This document shows positions 50,318 to 60,221 of a DNA stretch of 64,000 bases, in pieces (within the stretch, counting starts at the first letter, position 1; each line of letters begins with the position of its first letter). The notes beneath the pieces were generated by a model, which was given only the letters and a program-made list of their open reading frames with translations, was not told the origin of the DNA and searched no databases. The DNA is from a virus, in the IMG/VR virus record IMGVR_UViG_3300033485_000001, positions 32,001 through 96,000 of that record; one strand, written 5' to 3'. The position numbers and the translations under genes were made by a program.

Positions 50318-53300
50318 ATGGCGATCACAGACTGGACACTGTTCATCCAGGAGCGGCTGCGGGCGTACCAGCCCGACATCAACCTCAACACGGGATCTCC
50401 CGCGACCGTCCAGGTCGTCAACCCCATCGTCAACCGGATGGCTCCGGATCCCGTCGAGACGAAGCTGCTCACCTTCATCATGACGCGGTTGCAGCAAGAG
50501 CACCCCATGCTCTACGCTCGAGAGGGGTCCACGATCATGGACCTCCTCGTGAAGCCCAACCTCGTCTTGCTCGAGCCGCTGCGACGAGAGATCACGAGCG
50601 TCAAGAACCAGCTCACCCTCCTCTACCCAGAGCAGCTCACGTCTGACGAGGCAGACGCCCTGGTGGCCAACTTCTTCATCACGAGGAAGCTCGGGGACTA
50701 CGCCAGGGTGAAGGTTCGGCTGTACTTCCAGAACCCTGTCTCGGTGAACATCGGGACCGCCAACGTGGCCTTCACGGCGCGCGGACTGCGCTACCTGCCG
50801 ATCAGGGCGCAGAGCATCACGGCGGAGGGGATGCTGACCAACTGGGACGGCAACCTCTACTACTTCGACGTGAGCTACGTCGCCGAGCGCGCCGGCACGC
50901 TCTACAACATCGCGGCCAGCGAGATCATCGGCGTCACAGGTATCTCCGCAGCGACCAGGGCGACCAACCTGACGAAGGCCAGCCCAGGCTCAGACGAGGA
51001 GACCACGAGCCAGCTTGTCTCTCGCGCTGAGAGGTCGCTCGGCGAGAGGTCGTTGACCACGGTGCCCGGCATCGTCTTCCAGCTCTTCGATCAGTTTCCG
51101 GCGCTGACCATCCTCCAGATCATCGGGTACAACGATCCCGAAATGATGCGGGATGTGATCACAGGTGGAAATCTCGGCGAAGTCGTGCTGTTCGGACCCG
51201 GCGGGTTCACGGTGGACGACGGCGACGGAGACGGGTACACCTGGCTGTTCTCCGACTCCACCACGAGCTTCACGACCGCGTTCGGTCCGGTTGGTACGGA
51301 CATCTCCGACTACGCCCTGACGGCGTGGTACCTGGACGGCGCCGTCCTCACGCCGCACGACTTCAAGTTGAGCGAGGTCCTCGGAGCCACGCAGGTCAGC
51401 ATCGACCCGGAGCTGGAGGGATCCGACAGGCTCCCGGACGGGCTGACCAACGTCATCTGGACGATCAGGAAGCGAGCTCTCCTGACCCTCTCCGGCATCC
51501 CAGGCGGGATCATCTTCCCGACCCTGATGGGCGGTGAGGTAGAGATCGAAGACGGAGTGATCCACGTCGGGGGCTGCACGGACTTCTACATTCGTGGCGG
51601 CGACATCGAGGACAAGTCCCTGGCGGTCGAACTCGTATCCGACCAGGATGTCGTGGCTCGGCGAGAAGACGCCCAGACGACGAATGGTTCTCCAGTCGTG
51701 ATCCTCAACGATCTGAGCGCAGAAGAGTTCAACGACATCGTGGAAGGCGACACGAGCCTCTACCTCGAGGAGGGCTCGGACCAAGGCGCGTACAGGATCA
51801 TTCAGAAGTTCCCGGTCGGGCCTCCCTATGCCGTCCGCCTCAGCGCAGACATGACGGCAACGGCCACGGACATCTCGTTCAACCTCGTGGACGACGTGGA
51901 CGTGGATCTTCTCGATCCGAAGGACATCCGATTCGTGGGCACGGACCTGCGGACCGTGGCCGGCTCCCCCATCATCGACACGGTCAGCGGGACACCAGAC
52001 TTCGTCGGTGTCGGAGTTACCGATCAGGACATCGTGGAGATCCTCAACGGATCCGATGAGGGAGAGTACTCGATCGCTGCCGGAGGCGTGGCCGCAGGAC
52101 AGATCACCCTCGCCTCCGCCATGAGCGTGACGGGCTCTCCGCTCCAGTACAGAATCTTCCATCGACAGGACGGCATCGAGCTTCCGCTTCTCAGGATCAA
52201 GTCTGTGGAGCGGTTGGACAGCGGACTCGAGCCCACCGGGGAGCTCGTCCCCTACAAGCATCCGGTGGACATCCAGTCCCGCAGCTTCCAGAACCCAGGT
52301 CGAGAGGCGAAGGTCGGCACCGGCATCGACGTGACCGAGGGGTCGTACCTGCGGGCGACAGCGGGGTCCAAGCTCCTGACCGCAATGGACATCACCGGGG
52401 GTGCGACTGGCATCGACTTCTGGGCTTTGGGTCTGCGGCCCGGAGACCTCATCAACATCAACAGCACCGACAACCAGGGCTACTACACGGCGGAGCTGGT
52501 GGGTACTGGGGGCGGGCTCGCTGCGGATCAGATCCAGGTCTCCAAGGCCATGCGCTGGAGCACCGCGATCGGCCAGGATATGCAGTACGAGGCGGGTGGG
52601 CCGTCCTACGGATCCTTCCGTCTCTACTTCCTCGATCCCACCTCCTTCGCAGCCACCTACGAGAACACGATCTTCTCCGTGACGGTGAACGGCGTCACCA
52701 GGCGCTTCCGTCCAGATCCGGATGTGGACAACCAGTACCTGCCGACGGACGTCACGATCCCGACTGTGGCCATGACGGCTACGTCGGACGTCGTGTCTCC
52801 CTACGATGTCGGCGGCACGGCGTCCATCGACCTGAGCGCCCACCTGGTCCGTCAGGGTGACCTCGTAGAGATCACCTACGCGCCCATCATCGGCTCGGCG
52901 GATCTCACCTCGGTCAGCCTCAACCTGGACGGCCTGCGCCTCAAGATCGACGTTGGCTTCGGGACCGAGACGGTCTACTTCTCCGGCACCTCCCTCGGGG
53001 TGGATGAGATCGTCTCCCAGATGAACGCCCAGCTTTCCAGGGAGGTCGCAGCGAAGTACACGTCGCCAACCGCCACGGATCACATCATGCTCCGGGCGGA
53101 CATCCCGATCTCGCTCATCTCGGACGGCGCAGTGGCGGATGCCACGCTGCTCGTGTTCGGGACGAACCGCCCGTTGTACATGTGGCCGGCGTTGGCCGGC
53201 AGCTTCGTCGGGGTCACGACGCAGAACGACGCCCCGGACAAAGGGATCTATGCGGCGCAGTCCATCGGAGCGTATCCGCCTGGGAGCGTGACGCTGACCG

Positions 53301-54103
53301 AGGTCGACGGGAGTGCTTGGGCAGCCTCCTTCACGATCCACGAGAGCCGTGGGCCGTACATCCACATCAGCCGCAGCGGGGTTCAGCGGATCAGCTCCAC
53401 GGCCATGTCGGCGCAGATCGACGACTTGGGGTTCTACTACTTCGACGTGGAGTGCGTCAGCGAAGGTTTCGGCACGCCGTGGAACATCTCCGCTGATCAG
53501 CAGGCTACGGCTGAGGGGTACTCCTCCGATGGGTGGGAGGTCACCGTCGAGGACGAGAACCTCTCCTACTCGATGGCCGAGCATCCCTGGTTGCACATCA
53601 GCCCTCGCATCCTCGTGGTCGGCAACGAGGACGACGAGACGAACAAGGTCGAGCTGGTCGGCAGCAACGTGCAGATCGTGTACGAGCGGGACCCGCTCGT
53701 GCAAGACGTCCACACCTACGTCACGGATGCGCAGACCAGAGTGGTCTGTCAGAGCCCGCTGGCCAGGTCGCTCTTCCCGAAGTTCATCAGGACAGCGATC
53801 ACGTATCGTGGCGGCGGAGAGGTTCGGGATGTCAGGGTCGACATCACAGCTCACATCGAGTCGGTTCTCCCAGAGCAGATGCTCGAGGCATCCGACATAA
53901 CGAAGATCATCACTGACACCGGATCCTCTTACGTGCAGCTCCCTATCACAATGGTGGGCATCGGGCACAACGCGGACAGGACGATCTCGGTGGAAAGGGA
54001 CCAGGATGCCATCTCGTCAGGGCGCCTCTCGGCACTGCTGCCGGATGACAACGAAGAGACAGCGGATGGGGCGAGCTACATCAGCCTGACCAGGATCATC
54101 TAG
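50318..54103 (+). CDS. Baseplate J / gp6-like wedge protein
   Basis: REGSTIMDLLVKP, DALVANFFITRK, AERAGTLYNI, GSDEET..LVSRA baseplate-J pattern; 1261 aa. Confidence 0.8.
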   Translation: MAITDWTLFIQERLRAYQPDINLNTGSPATVQVVNPIVNRMAPDPVETKLLTFIMTRLQQEHPMLYAREGSTIMDLLVKPNLVLLEPLRREITSVKNQLTLLYPEQLTSDEADALVANFFITRKLGDYARVKVRLYFQNPVSVNIGTANVAFTARGLRYLPIRAQSITAEGMLTNWDGNLYYFDVSYVAERAGTLYNIAASEIIGVTGISAATRATNLTKASPGSDEETTSQLVSRAERSLGERSLTTVPGIVFQLFDQFPALTILQIIGYNDPEMMRDVITGGNLGEVVLFGPGGFTVDDGDGDGYTWLFSDSTTSFTTAFGPVGTDISDYALTAWYLDGAVLTPHDFKLSEVLGATQVSIDPELEGSDRLPDGLTNVIWTIRKRALLTLSGIPGGIIFPTLMGGEVEIEDGVIHVGGCTDFYIRGGDIEDKSLAVELVSDQDVVARREDAQTTNGSPVVILNDLSAEEFNDIVEGDTSLYLEEGSDQGAYRIIQKFPVGPPYAVRLSADMTATATDISFNLVDDVDVDLLDPKDIRFVGTDLRTVAGSPIIDTVSGTPDFVGVGVTDQDIVEILNGSDEGEYSIAAGGVAAGQITLASAMSVTGSPLQYRIFHRQDGIELPLLRIKSVERLDSGLEPTGELVPYKHPVDIQSRSFQNPGREAKVGTGIDVTEGSYLRATAGSKLLTAMDITGGATGIDFWALGLRPGDLININSTDNQGYYTAELVGTGGGLAADQIQVSKAMRWSTAIGQDMQYEAGGPSYGSFRLYFLDPTSFAATYENTIFSVTVNGVTRRFRPDPDVDNQYLPTDVTIPTVAMTATSDVVSPYDVGGTASIDLSAHLVRQGDLVEITYAPIIGSADLTSVSLNLDGLRLKIDVGFGTETVYFSGTSLGVDEIVSQMNAQLSREVAAKYTSPTATDHIMLRADIPISLISDGAVADATLLVFGTNRPLYMWPALAGSFVGVTTQNDAPDKGIYAAQSIGAYPPGSVTLTEVDGSAWAASFTIHESRGPYIHISRSGVQRISSTAMSAQIDDLGFYYFDVECVSEGFGTPWNISADQQATAEGYSSDGWEVTVEDENLSYSMAEHPWLHISPRILVVGNEDDETNKVELVGSNVQIVYERDPLVQDVHTYVTDAQTRVVCQSPLARSLFPKFIRTAITYRGGGEVRDVRVDITAHIESVLPEQMLEASDITKIITDTGSSYVQLPITMVGIGHNADRTISVERDQDAISSGRLSALLPDDNEETADGASYISLTRII

Positions 54104-54426
54104 CGAATGATGGGGATCCTTGGTTCGATTCGTGCGAGGTTCCCCATCTCGAGGAGCAGACCTGAGAATGGATCGAACAGGCAGCGGCAGTCGACGCAGC
54201 GGCACAGGCACTTCGGAATCGGCCTCGAGCTGTTGGAGATGACGCTGCCGTCCTCGCACAGCTCCAGGTCGTTGTCCAGGTCTCGCTCCTTGACGGTCGT
54301 GCCCCCACAACGAGGGCACGATGCGTCGTTGTAGATCTTCTGGTCCGCTTCGACGAGGGGAGTCAGAAGGTCAACCTCGTCGGCGAGGATGGCCTTGAGC
54401 AGTTTGGGGTCCATCTCCTTGAACAT
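54100..54426 (-). CDS. Zinc-ribbon protein, antisense to the baseplate operon
   Basis: CPRCGG...CVDCRC; typical codon usage; start ATG 54426 or TTG 54429. Confidence 0.7.
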   Translation of the reverse strand: MFKEMDPKLLKAILADEVDLLTPLVEADQKIYNDASCPRCGGTTVKERDLDNDLELCEDGSVISNSSRPIPKCLCRCVDCRCLFDPFSGLLLEMGNLARIEPRIPIIR

Positions 54427-54434
54427 CAAGGTCT

Positions 54435-54442
54435 AGTATACT
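54435..54442. promoter_or_regulatory. Palindromic AGTATACT, a possible bidirectional -10 element
   Basis: Reads TATACT on both strands in the 38-nt gap between divergent genes. Confidence 0.5.
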
Positions 54443-54467
54443 GGGGGGAAGGCGCGGGTAACAGAGG

Positions 54468-57400
54468 ATGACAACCCCGAGTGCGATCTACGGAAACTTC
54501 CAGTACGGCCAGAGCTACTACGGCTACCTCGCCGGGTTTCCTGTGTCCGACGACTTCAGGATCTTCGACTTCTGCTACCCTGTCGACGCGGTCATGGGGC
54601 TTCTGTTCGCGTACCCGGAGGTCTCGGCACCACGGTTCGGACTGCCCTGGAACTGGTTCGATCCGTCCTACAACTTCTGCATGTTCAGCGACGACGGAGC
54701 CGAGTCGGGCTTCCGCATCGACCTGTCCGTGCCGCAGCCGTACTGCACGATCCAGTTCTCGATCGAGCCGGTGAGCCTCCCGCAGAACTTCTCGGACCTG
54801 GCCAACAGCTGCGTCTTCGTTGGCGTCTTCAACCAGTTCGGAAAGATGGGCGGCCTCCTCGTCTCGGAGAACGAGGGGCTCGCCCTTGCGCAGAGCGGCG
54901 TCGGACCCTACATCGTCCTCCCCGACTCAGCGGATATCTTCGACGAGGGAGACGGCCCATACGTTTTCAGGTTCACGATCAACGAGTCCACAGGTAAGGG
55001 GAACCTCTACGTCACCAGGAAGGACGTCCTCACTGCAACAGGCGTTCACCAGCTCCGCTACACCTTCTCGCTGCTCGCGTGTCCTGCGGGCGAGACGGAC
55101 AACTTCCGGGTCGAGGTTCGCGGGACAGCTTCTGATCCAACCGAGATCCACCTCGGCTGTATCCGGATGGACGACCGGGAGAAGATTCCAAACCAGCGAC
55201 CTGTGGCTGTGCCGGGACCTGACAAGACACAGATCGTCGGAAACTACGTCGCCTTCGATGGTAGGGAGAGCTACGATCCCGAGGGTCAGCCCTTGAAGTT
55301 TTGGTGGAGCCTCGTCGAGGTTCCCGATGGATCGGCGTACAGGGCTCGGGTCGCGGGAGACACGCCAGCGGATCCGACTGGGTACACGAACGTCGTGCTC
55401 TGCCCGTCTGGTCCACCACCTGTCCCGTTCACCGACATCCTCGAGGGGGACATCTTCGTGAACGAGGATGGGTTCTCCACGATCATGTACGTCGCGTCCG
55501 ACGGGAGCTACTTCGTGCTCGCGGACGATCTCCTCAACGCCGGCACAACGGTCGAAGGCTACGTCGCGAAGCAGATCGTGTGGGGAGGAACACGTCGCCC
55601 CACCACGGTGCAGGACGTCCTCGACGTTGAGAACACGCCGCCACTGCTTCCGGCAGACGGGGATACGTACCTGGTCGACACGGCTCCGGTCGGTTTGTGG
55701 GCCGGTCAGGCTGGGTACCTGGCGACCTGGAGCTCGTCGGGAGGGGTGTGGTTGTTCAGCCTCCCGGCCTTCGACACGATCATCTACGCGATCGGGAAGT
55801 TCGAGTGCTTCCGGCACGCCGGCGCTGGCATCTGGTATGAGGCAGCGCCGAAGGGGTGGGAGCTGGATCACTGGGAGGGAAGGACAGACCAGATCGGCGT
55901 GATGCTCGTGGACACCCTCCGCCTCTTCGTCGTGGAGCTGCTCGTCAACGACGGTGAGCTGGACAGCCTCCCAGCGGAGGTCCTCTGCAACTCCTACGAG
56001 ACCAACGTCCAGCTTGGGCTCACTCCAGACCTGAGCTTCATCTGGAACTACATCTCGGACTTCTGGAAGATCGTGGAGGGTCGGGAGAAGGCGGAGACCG
56101 TGTGGTCTGGACTGGCTCAGGTCTACACCGATCTGCTCATGCGCCTGTGGCAGTACGACTACGCGAAGAGCATCCTGGACATCCAGCGCCTCTTCCAGGT
56201 TCGCTGGATCGACTACAGCCTGGTGTACGAGGAGCCCAACTACGACGAGCTGCCGGCGACCATTGAGAGCTCGGTGGACGCCTCCGGCTTTTCCGTGGCC
56301 CCCGGCGTGACGGAGCGGGCCTTCGATCTCGGGGCGGTCGTCGCAGACGTAAGCGATCTGAACTACCTCGTTCTCGACAGCATACCCTACAAGGTCATTC
56401 GAGTGGAGCAGGGAGCCACGACCGTGGTCATCACGTCGGATCCCATGCCGCACGACGATGCGATCGCTGTGTGGGTGACACCGCCGGAGTCGCAAGTCCC
56501 GCCTCTCGCGCCGTCAGATGGGGACGCCTACATGGTGGGGATTGGCGGGACAGATGCCTGGGTGGGGCGCGACGGCGAGATCGCAACGTGGAACGAGGAC
56601 GACAGCCTCTGGGACTTCAGCGAGTCCGTGCGCCCGAAGGCGTGGATGATCCGCGCCAGCGTGGTCTCGCGGTTCAGCAACTTCTCCGATCTGCGGGTGT
56701 CTCCCGGCGACACGGCCACCTTCGAGGTTCGCCTCGATGGCGATGTGACGGACGTGACGTGCTACGTCTACGCCGTTCGCGGCAGTGCGATGATCTTCGA
56801 CCAGACGAACATCTTGGCTTACCTCGCCGACGACTCGTACACGGTCAGGTTCAAGAGCGTTCTGCGTCAGTCGGAGATGCAGGTCAACGACCTGGTGAAG
56901 ACCATCCCGAGGTTGCAAGACACCATCGCCATCATCAGGGTCCCCGGAGCCAGCGCGCCGCTGCTCGAGTACAGGGACTTCCGAGTCGAAAAGATCACCA
57001 CCATCGAGGATCGTGAGGTCAACACGATCCAGTTCGACAACTTGTGGTTCCCGTTCGACCTTCGGGGGTTCGCGGGGTACACGACCGCACCCGATCACCA
57101 CTACTTCTACGACAACACCGTCGACTTCGAGGCGACGTTCGGTGCTGGAGCAGACCTGCGCGACTACGTCATCGAGATCGACGGTGGGAGCGTACATCGA
57201 CTCTGGTCGGTCGTCGGCCCGACACAGGTGCAGCTCTACGACCCAGAGCTGCTGCTCGGGCTCTCCGGGAAGAAGTGGTGGATCCGTCGTCGGGAGGTGC
57301 CACCCGCGACGCTGTGGGCAGAGATCACCTTCCTCGACAACAGCTCGCTCATCGAGGCCAACTTCGGCCGGCTGGTCGGACTTGGCATCGACAAGTTGGA

Positions 57401-59078
57401 GGAGAGGACGTACAACCCGCTCGACTACCTGTCGGCGGTTCAGGGCCTGTGGTACTTCAAGTGGCACGGGCGGACCCCGTACAACATCCGGGTCGGGTCG
57501 CAGATCATCCTCGGACTCCCCTTCTCGGAGAAGGCCGGAACGGTCGTGGACATCCAGGACCCGTTCGACGCCACACGTACCAGGATCCTCGTGCAGGACA
57601 GCGACAGCGAATTCGTCGTCAGGTCGTACTACCTCCCGACCGTGGTGGGTATCGAGACCAATCCGGAGACAGGGTTGGCCTATGCGCCCGGCGATTCTGT
57701 CTCCAGGTTCGCTCCGCTTTCCAAGGGTGTCGACGTCGTCGACTACATCAGCGATCCAGACTGGTTCGGACCCTTTGTAGGATCCGAGGACTTCCACGAG
57801 GTGCAGAAGGTTCACACCTTCGGCGTGTTGGTCGAGGCCGATGCGTACAGCTTGACCAACCTCATGTTCCTGATCGACTACATCAGGGGCTCGTGGGAAC
57901 GAGACGTGGTCCAGAACAAGCCTCCGTACACCTGGCCTCTCTTCGCTGTGATCAAGCGCATTCACGATACCGTGGACGTGGCGGACCCGCTCCAGTTCGG
58001 GCCGTTGCCCCCGCCCTCTCCCTACGTCTACCCGCTCGACTGGCCGCCGTTCCCTGTCATGTCGACGTGGGACGACTCGCCCTACGAGGTGACTCGGGTA
58101 TCAGGAGCTCTCTACGGCGCCGACAAGAAGTTCACGGTGCCGCCGTTGCTTCCTGCGGACACCCCGCACAAGACCCGGTACGAGGTCATCGCCCCGGCGA
58201 CCGGGGTCTTCGTGGGACAAGAGGGGAATATCGCTATCTGGAACGCCGACACGGACACGTGGTCGTTCCATCCGGCGATCCCAGGCGAGCCGCAACGGAC
58301 CGAGTTCGGCGGGCTGCATCTGTCGGACACGCCGGCCAAGGTCCCGGATGGCTGGCAGGGTGCGTGGTCCACAGGAGAGCCCGGAACGCACTACCCGACT
58401 CGCGCCGAGGGCACCTTCAAGGTCGACGAGCGCAACGAGAAGGGGCACATCATACATCATGTGGACGAGCCTCTGTTGGCTACCACGCGGCTCCTTGACG
58501 GTGATATGGAGGATGGGATCAATCCAGGGATCGGCAGGCCGTGGAAGGTTTTCGGTACGCCCTCGATCTGTGCGAAGGTGACCGTGGCAGGTGGCCACCC
58601 CGTTCACGCTGGAACGTACAGCACCAGGATCAAGTCCACAGATCCCTACGAGGGGATCTACCAGAGCTTCGTGTTGTCGGCGCCGGGCGTGGTACCAACC
58701 GGGTTCCAGATCGGGGCACGAGGTTGGCTCTATGTGGTAGACGGGTGCGCCCTCATTCGACTCTTGGATCAAGATGGTGTCACCGTCCTGGCGGAGCAGA
58801 AGAGGAACTTCCCGTCCATGCAGTGGATCCAGTTCACGGTGCACGCCTGGGAGGTTGGAGACGGGAGCCCGCTGCTTCCTGTTCCGCCGCAACTCCGAAT
58901 CCTCACCGGCCCGGCCGGCGGCGAGTTCTACGTGGACGACGTGGTCGCGTACCACACGATCATGCCGTGGAGCCAGTGGGGTGCGGATCGTTCCATCATG
59001 GGCAGGACTGGTGGGTACACTTTCGGTGGATCACCAGACGAGTTCTGGGCGTTCAAGATGTACAGTCCGCTTCCGTAG
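54468..59078 (+). CDS. Baseplate wedge (gp7/I-like) protein with PKD-like domain and three DUF2793-like repeats
   Basis: NQRPVAVPGPD...FDGRESYDPEGQPLKFWW; repeats PP..P.DGD.Y.V....G.W.G..G..A.W; 1536 aa. Confidence 0.7.
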   Translation: MTTPSAIYGNFQYGQSYYGYLAGFPVSDDFRIFDFCYPVDAVMGLLFAYPEVSAPRFGLPWNWFDPSYNFCMFSDDGAESGFRIDLSVPQPYCTIQFSIEPVSLPQNFSDLANSCVFVGVFNQFGKMGGLLVSENEGLALAQSGVGPYIVLPDSADIFDEGDGPYVFRFTINESTGKGNLYVTRKDVLTATGVHQLRYTFSLLACPAGETDNFRVEVRGTASDPTEIHLGCIRMDDREKIPNQRPVAVPGPDKTQIVGNYVAFDGRESYDPEGQPLKFWWSLVEVPDGSAYRARVAGDTPADPTGYTNVVLCPSGPPPVPFTDILEGDIFVNEDGFSTIMYVASDGSYFVLADDLLNAGTTVEGYVAKQIVWGGTRRPTTVQDVLDVENTPPLLPADGDTYLVDTAPVGLWAGQAGYLATWSSSGGVWLFSLPAFDTIIYAIGKFECFRHAGAGIWYEAAPKGWELDHWEGRTDQIGVMLVDTLRLFVVELLVNDGELDSLPAEVLCNSYETNVQLGLTPDLSFIWNYISDFWKIVEGREKAETVWSGLAQVYTDLLMRLWQYDYAKSILDIQRLFQVRWIDYSLVYEEPNYDELPATIESSVDASGFSVAPGVTERAFDLGAVVADVSDLNYLVLDSIPYKVIRVEQGATTVVITSDPMPHDDAIAVWVTPPESQVPPLAPSDGDAYMVGIGGTDAWVGRDGEIATWNEDDSLWDFSESVRPKAWMIRASVVSRFSNFSDLRVSPGDTATFEVRLDGDVTDVTCYVYAVRGSAMIFDQTNILAYLADDSYTVRFKSVLRQSEMQVNDLVKTIPRLQDTIAIIRVPGASAPLLEYRDFRVEKITTIEDREVNTIQFDNLWFPFDLRGFAGYTTAPDHHYFYDNTVDFEATFGAGADLRDYVIEIDGGSVHRLWSVVGPTQVQLYDPELLLGLSGKKWWIRRREVPPATLWAEITFLDNSSLIEANFGRLVGLGIDKLEERTYNPLDYLSAVQGLWYFKWHGRTPYNIRVGSQIILGLPFSEKAGTVVDIQDPFDATRTRILVQDSDSEFVVRSYYLPTVVGIETNPETGLAYAPGDSVSRFAPLSKGVDVVDYISDPDWFGPFVGSEDFHEVQKVHTFGVLVEADAYSLTNLMFLIDYIRGSWERDVVQNKPPYTWPLFAVIKRIHDTVDVADPLQFGPLPPPSPYVYPLDWPPFPVMSTWDDSPYEVTRVSGALYGADKKFTVPPLLPADTPHKTRYEVIAPATGVFVGQEGNIAIWNADTDTWSFHPAIPGEPQRTEFGGLHLSDTPAKVPDGWQGAWSTGEPGTHYPTRAEGTFKVDERNEKGHIIHHVDEPLLATTRLLDGDMEDGINPGIGRPWKVFGTPSICAKVTVAGGHPVHAGTYSTRIKSTDPYEGIYQSFVLSAPGVVPTGFQIGARGWLYVVDGCALIRLLDQDGVTVLAEQKRNFPSMQWIQFTVHAWEVGDGSPLLPVPPQLRILTGPAGGEFYVDDVVAYHTIMPWSQWGADRSIMGRTGGYTFGGSPDEFWAFKMYSPLP

Positions 59079-59087
59079 GAGGTCTGG

Positions 59088-59429
59088 GTGTTCTATCCAA
59101 AGATAGATCGGCAGAACATGGCATTCGTCCCGCCACGCACCATCGACGAGCCGCTGTTCCCTGTCGATGCGGGCAGCGTCGAGGACGACACGATGATGCT
59201 GTCGGGTCCGGCGCCAGCTCCGCCCCCAGGTCCCCCCTTCGGTGTGACACCGTGGAGCGGGCCGTACGGTCACCCGGTGACCGAGTGGACGACAACCAAC
59301 GGATACCCAGCGGTCGGCTATGGCGGAGCTCCGGGTTACACTGTCAACCCCCCAAGGTCGTGGAAGGTTGATGTCCAACTGCCCGACGGCTGGTATACTC
59401 GGATCTCAAGAAGGGACAAGTACTCGTGA
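59088..59429 (+). CDS. Pro-rich hypothetical protein
   Basis: AGGAGG SD; 113 aa. Confidence 0.55.
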   Translation: MFYPKIDRQNMAFVPPRTIDEPLFPVDAGSVEDDTMMLSGPAPAPPPGPPFGVTPWSGPYGHPVTEWTTTNGYPAVGYGGAPGYTVNPPRSWKVDVQLPDGWYTRISRRDKYS

Positions 59430-60208
59430 AGAAGCGACGAGCGACCTTCAAGGACGACATCCGCGTCAAGGACGACTTCACCATCAGGATGAGGCGTCCG
59501 GGTGGCGGGGATGATCAATGGCGAAGTGGAGGAGGCGGCTCCCCACCGATCAAGCTGATCTCGAACGTCCACCTTGCCCTACGCGATCCCAAGAGCAAGC
59601 GCGTAGTGGAGAAGCGGGATAGCCACAACATCTTCCTCAACTACGGCCGGGACTGGCTGTCGCAGCTGATCGGGCTGAACACAGGCGGTACCTTCTTCCG
59701 AAGCGACCGTGTCAAGTACATGGCCTTTGGCATCGGGGGGACGTCGCAGCAGATTGCGGGAGCCACGATCAGAGGGGCCACTCCGGGGAGCCCCTACGCC
59801 TACCCAGGCTATCCCAACGACTGGGTAGGCGGGGCAGGTTCCGGGGAGCCGTCGCAGTCGGATGTGGACCCGACCATCACGGCGCTCGAGTGGCCCGTGG
59901 AGGTCACGGTCGGTGACTACTACGACCTGATCAGTCAGCCCAACACATTCCCCGGTACCACAGGCGTCATCCGATTCACAGCCGTTCTCGGTCTCCTCGA
60001 GGTGAGCTTCGGAGCCCACCCGAGCGTGCCGTTGTCGGAGATCGGTCTCTTCACGCAGGGTCATCCGCTGCCTCTGGATGAGACAGTACCCCCGGTATCT
60101 GGGGAGCCGCCGGCCGATAAGTTCATGATCGCGTACAACACCTTCGACACGCTTTCCAAGACGACCGCCTTCGTGCTCGAGGTCGACTGGGAGCTGCGGT
60201 TCTCATAG
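59426..60208 (+). CDS. Baseplate/tail-fibre attachment protein
   Basis: HNIFLNYGRDWL...YMAFGIGG...EIGLF...YNTFDTLSKT...VDWELRF typical phage pattern. Confidence 0.65.
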   Translation: MKKRRATFKDDIRVKDDFTIRMRRPGGGDDQWRSGGGGSPPIKLISNVHLALRDPKSKRVVEKRDSHNIFLNYGRDWLSQLIGLNTGGTFFRSDRVKYMAFGIGGTSQQIAGATIRGATPGSPYAYPGYPNDWVGGAGSGEPSQSDVDPTITALEWPVEVTVGDYYDLISQPNTFPGTTGVIRFTAVLGLLEVSFGAHPSVPLSEIGLFTQGHPLPLDETVPPVSGEPPADKFMIAYNTFDTLSKTTAFVLEVDWELRFS

Positions 60209-60221
60209 GGAGGAACGAAGC

